Positions 56,871 through 64,000 of a stretch of 64,000 bases of DNA are shown in pieces. A model generated the notes under the pieces. It saw only the letters and a program-made list of their open reading frames with translations, made no database searches and had not been told where the DNA came from. Positions within the stretch are counted from its first letter, which is position 1. The number at the start of each line of letters is the position of its first letter. The stretch covers positions 242,606,001 through 242,670,000 of the forward strand of contig OZ024743.1 of the NCBI GenBank assembly GCA_964016885.1. The letters run 5' to 3'. The position numbers and the translations under genes are program-made. Source of the stretch: Eledone cirrhosa. Taxonomy: Eukaryota.

Positions 56871-57429
56871 GCGGTCAGTGCGTGGGCCCACATTTGCTTA
56901 TGATAATGTGAGACGGAGGCAGTCACAGTGGGAGTGTGGTTCCATTGTCTTCAGACCTAATGTATATGTATATATTTATTTACCACACCACATACACATA
57001 CATTAATCCTCTACATAAGTAACACATATTCACTTACTACCAACACCACCATCTTCCCTACCATCTCCACAAACCAACAGTATCATCACCATCCATTAAT
57101 TCCACTACCATCTACAACAATAACAACAATAACAACAATACCAGTGACAGCAACAGCAGCAACCCCATATCCACAACCGACACTACCAACACCAACACCA
57201 TCATATCCAACACGAACGCCATCACCACTATCACACTACCACCAACACCAATACCTTTATTTTGTCAGACTATCTTTTGTCTGTCTGTCAGACTTTTGCG
57301 TGTCTGTATTTTGCCTTGCTGTCTGTCTTTTATCTGTTTGTCCTTTGTCTAAATTTTCTCTGAATATATAACTCTTTCCTTTGTCTAACTTTTTTCTGAA
57401 TATATGATTCTGTGTCTTTTATCTGAATA

Positions 57430-57617
57430 CAGATAAAATTCCGTTATAATGAATACCATTATAACGAATTTTTCAGTATAACGAAATTTTTTTTTCAATC
57501 CCCGAGGTAATAACAAACAAACGCTCGATTTGTTTCTGTCGATCTCGTTATGAAGAATTTTTCGTTACAACAATTTTTTTTAAACCCCGTGAATTTCGTT
57601 ATAACGGAATTTCACTG
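57430..57617. mobile_element. Tigger/pogo-type MITE
   Basis: TIRs CAGATAAAATTCCGTTATAA / TTATAACGGAATTTCACTG; TA flanks; internal TATAACGAA repeats. Confidence 0.8.
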
Positions 57618-57644
57618 TATATCTTTTTTCTGTATGTTTTTGCG

Positions 57645-58255
57645 AAGTCTTTTAGCAAGACACTTTATTTGACGTTGCTCCGGTCCATCAAGCAAAAATG
57701 AGTTGTACCTGTGATTCAAAGAGCCAGCTTGTAATTCACTGTGTCACGTTGAATATCCTTGAGAATTACGTTTAGTATACACATGTCTGTCGAATGCTCA
57801 GTTACTTGCTCATTCATTTCACGATACAGTTGTTCCGTTGGTCAAACAACTGGAAGACTCGTTGCCGAAACCGGCAGAGATCCAACTACAACATTCAAGC
57901 AAGATTGATATATGGATGAACATGGAATGACATCCGTCTGTTTTCACGATGAATGTTCCAGTTCGATCAACAGAACAATCTGCTCGTGAAATTAAGGTGC
58001 AAGTGGCTGAACATACCACAGACGCCTGTACTCATAAAAATTCAGTGTGACACGTTGTGTAACAAAGCTGGCCCTTTCAATTACAGCTACAATCCATTCG
58101 ACGGGACTGCAAATAGTCTCCGTCAAACCACTTTCACTCATTAGCGGACGACCCATAGTTATGGTAAAAGACATTTGCCCAAGATGCCACGTACTGGTTT
58201 AGAAACCCGGGATTTGATAATTGCGAAGCGAACCTCTTACTCAGTCGGCCATATT
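57645..58255. mobile_element. Two diverged SINE bodies tail-to-tail plus a tRNA-like head
   Basis: 57700-57870 is roughly the reverse complement of 57945-58100; head-like sequence on minus at 58170-58255. Confidence 0.6.
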
Positions 58256-58879
58256 ACGATGGATGGACATAAAGGTATAAAAATAGACGGATTCCTAGAT
58301 AAGTGGCTTGCTATACGGTTGAGGAAATATTGTGTATAGTTAGGTGAAGGTTGAGTAATGATTGATGACATAAACATTGTTCATAGTTAGGTGAAAGCTG
58401 ACTAAAGATTGATGATATAATTCAAAAGACTTAAAGCTTATCAGAAAATGATATGACAAAAACCATAAATTATTGAATATCTCTTATATTTTCTAACTCT
58501 CACTCTCTTTCACTCTCTCCCACTGTCACTTTCTAATTCTTTCTCTCTCTCACTCTCACACTCTCGCACTTCCTCCCTCGGCTCCTTTTTCTCGCTTTCT
58601 CTCTCTTTCACTCTCACACTCTCTCATTCTTTCTCTCAGTTTCTTTTTCTCGCTTTCTCTCTCTATTTCAGTTCTTACTTTGAGAATTTTGAAGGTGGTA
58701 AACATGATTTGATGGTGCTATAAATTGTGGTTAGGTTGGTGATCTTGGTGATGATGATGCTGTTGGTAATTTTCATGGGTCTGCGTTGAAAGAGATTATG
58801 GTTATGGTATTGGTTGGTGTTGGTTATGGTAATTCTGATGGGGCGGCTGTTATTAGAGATTGTGTTGGAGTTGGTGATA

Positions 58880-59435
58880 TTGGTGGGAATGAGGTGTTGG
58901 TGGGGGTGAGGTGAGGGTGGGAGTGAGGTGTTGGTGGGGCTGAGGTGTTGGTGGGAGTGGAATGTTGGTGGGAATGAGGTGTTGGTGAGAGTGGGGTGTT
59001 GGTGGGGGTGAGGTGTTGGTGGGGGTGAGCTGTTGGTGGGAGTGGAATGTTGGTGGGAATGAGGTGTTGGTGAGAGTGAAGTGAGGGTGGGAGTGAGGTG
59101 TTGATGGGGGGTGAGGTGTTGGTGGGAGTGGAATGTTGGTGGGAATGAGGTGTTGGTGAGAGTGAAGTGAGGGTGGGAGTGAGGTGTTGGCGGGAGTGGA
59201 GTGTTGGTGGGAGTGGAGTGTTGGTGGGAGTGAGGTGTTGGTGGGAGTGGAGTGTTGGTGGGAGTAAGGTGTTGGTGGGAGTGGAGTGTTGGTGGGAGTG
59301 GAGTGTTGGTGGGAGTGGGGTGTTGGTGGGGGTGAGGTGTTGATGGGAGTGAGGTGTTAGTGAGAGTGGGGTGTTGGTGGGGGTGAGGTGTTGATGGGAG
59401 TGAGGTGTTAGTGGGAGTGGAGTGTTGGTGGGAGT
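58880..59435. repeat. G-rich 18-bp minisatellite
   Basis: Unit about GGTGTTGGTGGGAGTGAG, ~30 copies. Confidence 0.9.
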
Positions 59436-60795
59436 AAAATGCTGGAAATGATGGCGATAGTTATGTGGCTAGACTGTTATTTAATCCCAGACAGTATTAC
59501 AACAGCTACATTGTTGTTGTTGTTGTTGTTGTCGTCGTTGTTGTTGACGTTGTTGTCGTTGTTGTCGCCGTCGTCGTTGTTGTCGTCGTCGTTGTTGTTA
59601 TTGTCCTCGACGTCACCGTCGCTGTTGTTGTTGTCGTCGTTATTGTCTACATTGTTGTTGTTTTTGTTGTTGTTGTTGTTCTAAGTAATCCATTTCTTAA
59701 AGTTGCTTACATAAAACACGTTGCAATGTCCGTTCACGTTAAAAACTATAATTATCAAAAGAATGTATCTTTGCAACATTATTTGGAAGAAGTAAAAATT
59801 AAACAACTGCTTTTGTTGTTCGTAACTTGTCTGAATAGAGAGCAAAGAGAAAACTATTGTTTACAGTAACTCAATTTGACTTTGGCCATCGTGGTCTCAA
59901 TAAATAGACATGATTGTCTGAATAAATACATTATACAGCAGTAATCATCTTAAGGTAAGTGTGTATGTATGGATCTGTAACACCTGGTAGAGTCGTGTGG
60001 GTGCTATTGTAGCGTACAGCATAATGATATACAGTATGTTTTAGGTATTTTAAAGTTGGAAGAGCCCATTCTTCTCCAGGTCTGAGACAGCCAATTTTTT
60101 CCAAGCAAAAACGAAAGGGAGAGTGAAAGGACAGGATATGTAAAAGAGATACAGAAGAAGAATTGATCCGATAAAATTCGATGAAGGTTGGGTCTGATCT
60201 TTGGTAGTATAGTGACAATTCTAGACGCTGAATTTTTAGTCTTTTGGGCGGGGGTAAAATTTTATTTCAGAAAACTGAAATATATTTCTAGGATAAAATT
60301 ACGTCAAATATATAGAAAAAGTAGTATTGTGAAGGACTATAAATGCTATAAATGAGAGGAAAATGAGAGAAAGAGCAAGGATTATTAGGGGACGAAAGAA
60401 AGAAAGAGAGAGGGGCACAGGGTGACAGACTCTACACCTAAAACAGAATAACCGCCTCGCGGACAAAATATTGCTTGGCAGATGTTTCGGGTTCATTAGA
60501 CTTTTTCAGCTAATCATTCCCGTGCCAGTATTGCCCAAGCTAAGTGTATTATGCGTCTCATCGGCGTATAGGTTTCAGCGAGAGGTAGGAGGAGGGAATT
60601 ATTACTATCTATTTAAGTGTTGGTCAGTAATGGTCAAATTATTACGGTTAGCAGCGGAAACGCCAACACTATGGATTTAAAAAAAAAATCAAATCAAAAC
60701 AATCACCAAATCAAAGTTTTAAATAAATAAATTCTAACTTACGATTGTGATTAGTACTATATTGCCATACTGTTGTGAATAAAATTTTACCGTTG

Positions 60796-60856
<61 letters not shown>

Positions 60857-60939
60857 GAAGTTTTATTTAAATTGTTGGGATACAACATCGCATTCTTTAA
60901 GGGTATGTCAATATTTATTTATAAAACTGATCTATATTA

Positions 60940-61004
60940 TATTTTATCTGATGAAAGCACACCATAATTTAACTTGGTGTCCTTGAAATATGTATAATGA
61001 AATA
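60940..61004 (+). ncRNA. Minimal type I hammerhead motif (family B)
   Basis: tattttat-CTGATGA-aagcacacca...tggtgtcctt-GAAA-tatgta-TA-atgaaata; downstream sequence matches the reverse complement of 35410-35450. Confidence 0.78.
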
Positions 61005-61056
61005 AATATGGTTTTATAAATATAGTTTCCATTTGTTAATATATCGTATATATATA

Positions 61057-61243
61057 TATTAAAATAACAGATTAAAGTTTAAGCAAAGATCCTGTTAAGG
61101 GTGAAAGCAGCGATTCTTTGCTTAAACTTTAATCTGTTATTTTAATAAATATTTGCTCTACGCTTCTTATATATTTTATATATATTTATCCTTATCGAGC
61201 CCTCTTTGGATTTTAGTCTTCAGATTTATTATATTTATTAATG

Positions 61244-61245
<2 letters not shown>
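61057..61245. mobile_element. Micro fold-back (33-bp arms) plus tail between (TA)n
   Basis: 61057-61089 and 61115-61147 are inverted; related copy at 54175-54245. Confidence 0.8.
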
Positions 61246-61837
<592 letters not shown>

Positions 61838-62327
61838 AATTGTTCTCGGTATGGTGAACTAACTGTTGTGTTACTACTTCTACCAAACAACGGGTATTAC
61901 CTTCCAGTGTTCTACCTATATATATATATATATATATATATTGGTAAAACAAAGATCACAGCAGAAAGTAAATCCTATAAAATAGATATATGAATATCAC
62001 ATTAAATCTTCTCAATCCACATTGACAGATTTTACAAAACTATTACATAAACGAGGTTTCACACATACCCATATACAGGCTCATACACACACGTTATTTT
62101 CATTCTTTCATTAGATTTTTATATTTCCCTTGTGTCACTTTACGATAATGTTACCGCCTGCTTTTATCAGCTGAAATAAAAACATCGTCTGGTTTTTTTA
62201 TTATCTTCACTAGCAGAAAAACCGCTCTCGTGCGGTTTTCTGCTGGCATGTGAAGTGTGCATATTGGTATTATACGCAAATATATATGCATATAGATATA
62301 TGTAAATTGAAAAGTAAATTGACAATA

Positions 62328-63005
62328 TCTTCTTCACCCACTTATTTCTAAAAGGGTCGTGGGGGCAGAGTCCTTCTCAAACACTCCTTTCAGCGAGTCT
62401 GTCAGTAGCTAACATCTCAAACTGATCCAGCTGGATCCCAAAGCGTGACCAGCCAAGCTCATGGATGTTATCCAACTATCTTGCTCAGGGTCTACCTCTG
62501 GATCTCTTGACGGTTGTTTTTTCCTGTAAAATGTGTCTAACGATTATTTACTGAGACATTCTAACCACATGCTCATAACATCGGAGTTGTGATCTCTCAA
62601 TCCGGAGAAGTAGCGGCTCTACCAGGAGTGATTCTCTGGTCTCTGAGCTATGCACCTTATCGAGTAAAGTTACTCCAAAGACCCTTCGGAGGAATCTCAT
62701 TTCTGCCACTTTTATTTGCAATTGTATTCCTTTGGTCATTACTCAAGATTCATGATCCTCGGTAAGAGTTGGCAGGAATGCCAGGAAGACAGCGAGTTTG
62801 GCTTTTACACCTACTCCCCCTTCATTTGATTGCTGAATGCTGAGGCTGGCGCTTTACTGCATCAGCTTTTGCAATTCTTGCACTTAATTCAGCCTCCTGC
62901 ATTCTATCACTCATGAACACGGCTCCAAGATACTTGAACTTCTCTAACTGCTTCAGTAGAACTCCATTCACATGTATATAAATTTGAGGGACTTCTGTCC
63001 ACCCG
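62328..63005 (-). mobile_element. 5'-truncated RTE LINE (Expander/Rex3-like)
   Basis: LKQLEKFKYLG, AEMRFLRRVFGVTLLDKV, EPLLLRIERSQLR; short GAA tail. Confidence 0.85.
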
Positions 63006-64000
63006 TCTATCACGCAATGTGTATGTGTGTTTGTGTGAATGTATGTGTGTGTAAAAGGGAGGAAAGGGATACACACATATATATGTCTAACTTAAAAACA
63101 GTGACACACACACACACGTGTCTCTAATTTAAGAACGCCGACAAACTCACGCGCGCGCACAGACAAACACTGTCCTATTACCACTGAAGAGCTTTGGCCC
63201 GGGCAAACATCCCCTCAATTTTGGAACCGCCTGGGTTGTCTTGAATTGATGGGAAAAATATTGCTATCTTTAGCTGTGGTAGCGCCTCGTTTTCTCACTC
63301 TTTCGCCTGCATATTGTTCTGTGGCCTAAGATGTGTGTATTACCTGCTTGTGTATTTTTTCTCTTTCTTTTTTCTTTTCCCTTTCCTTTGTATATATTAT
63401 CTTTGTTAGTGTTTTCGTTCTGTAACCATTATATTAAATGAGTTTTAAAAAAAAAGATTTATTAAATAAAAAAAAGAGTTAATAAATAAATAAAACGTTA
63501 TACTTGTTTTACTCTCCCATTTCTAATTCACGGAACGCTGCTATCATGACTGTATGTGTGTGTTTGTGTAAATGTATATGTGTGAATGTATGTGTGTTTG
63601 TGTGAAACTGTGTGTGAATGTATGTGTATGTGTGTGAATTATGTCCTTGAGCGTCTATTTTTATAAGTTTGTGTTTGCGCGATTATAGTTATATACTCAT
63701 AATAGTTATATACTCATACATATAGATGTATCTATGTGCACACTCATACGCGTCAGCGTGTAGAAAATCATAATCTCCCTATCTCTCTCATCACAAACTC
63801 TCTCTTTCTATATATATGGTAGTTGAAGTGGTGGTGGCAGCGACGATATACCGGAAGTGCAACTTGAAAAGAAGTCAATTTTAAATTATTTATTTTTACG
63901 AAATTTAGTACATAAATTATGTAATATTTATTCATTATTTATTCAAAGTAATCCAATTTATTTTACTAACTGGATTAAAAGAAATAAACCGTACGCAGTC

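Noticed and set aside
62212-62246. Hairpin agcagaaaaaccgc...gcggttttctgct as a terminator or Helitron end
   Set aside because: Isolated; no matching 5' end or gene found.
63179-63281. tacca-CTGAAGA...tggta hammerhead-like segment
   Set aside because: Stem I is present but GAAA is not positioned between valid stems II and III; at most a decayed relic.

Overview
Eukaryotic, repeat-saturated DNA with no supportable host protein-coding exon. The very dense (TA)n/(CA)n/(TACA)n microsatellites and the SINE types resemble a coleoid cephalopod (Octopus-like); this is inference. Most short ORFs in the supplied track are microsatellite artefacts. Recognisable elements: a complete Ty3/Gypsy (Mag-like) LTR retrotransposon with 276-bp LTRs and a 5-bp TSD (652-5579), a near-full-length RTE-clade LINE with three C-terminal C2H2 fingers (~26250-30458, minus), a Buster/SPIN-like hAT transposon with TIRs and an 8-bp TSD (45647-47923), a deleted Tc1 element, hAT and Tigger-type MITEs, a non-autonomous Helitron, CRE/RTE remnants, SINEs and a 4.5-kb 21-bp satellite. 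The most striking pattern is a recurrent class of fold-back insertions at (TA)n tracts, derived from the ends of Penelope-like elements (PLEs). The arms are joined head-to-head, one arm has a longer tail, and many carry type I hammerhead ribozyme motifs: about a dozen loci, from one fully canonical motif (51162-51240) to degenerate ones. Several tails share a TATTGAGTAC motif, and two PLE junctions carry short tandem repeats. Coordinates were read by eye; degenerate boundaries may be off by some bases.
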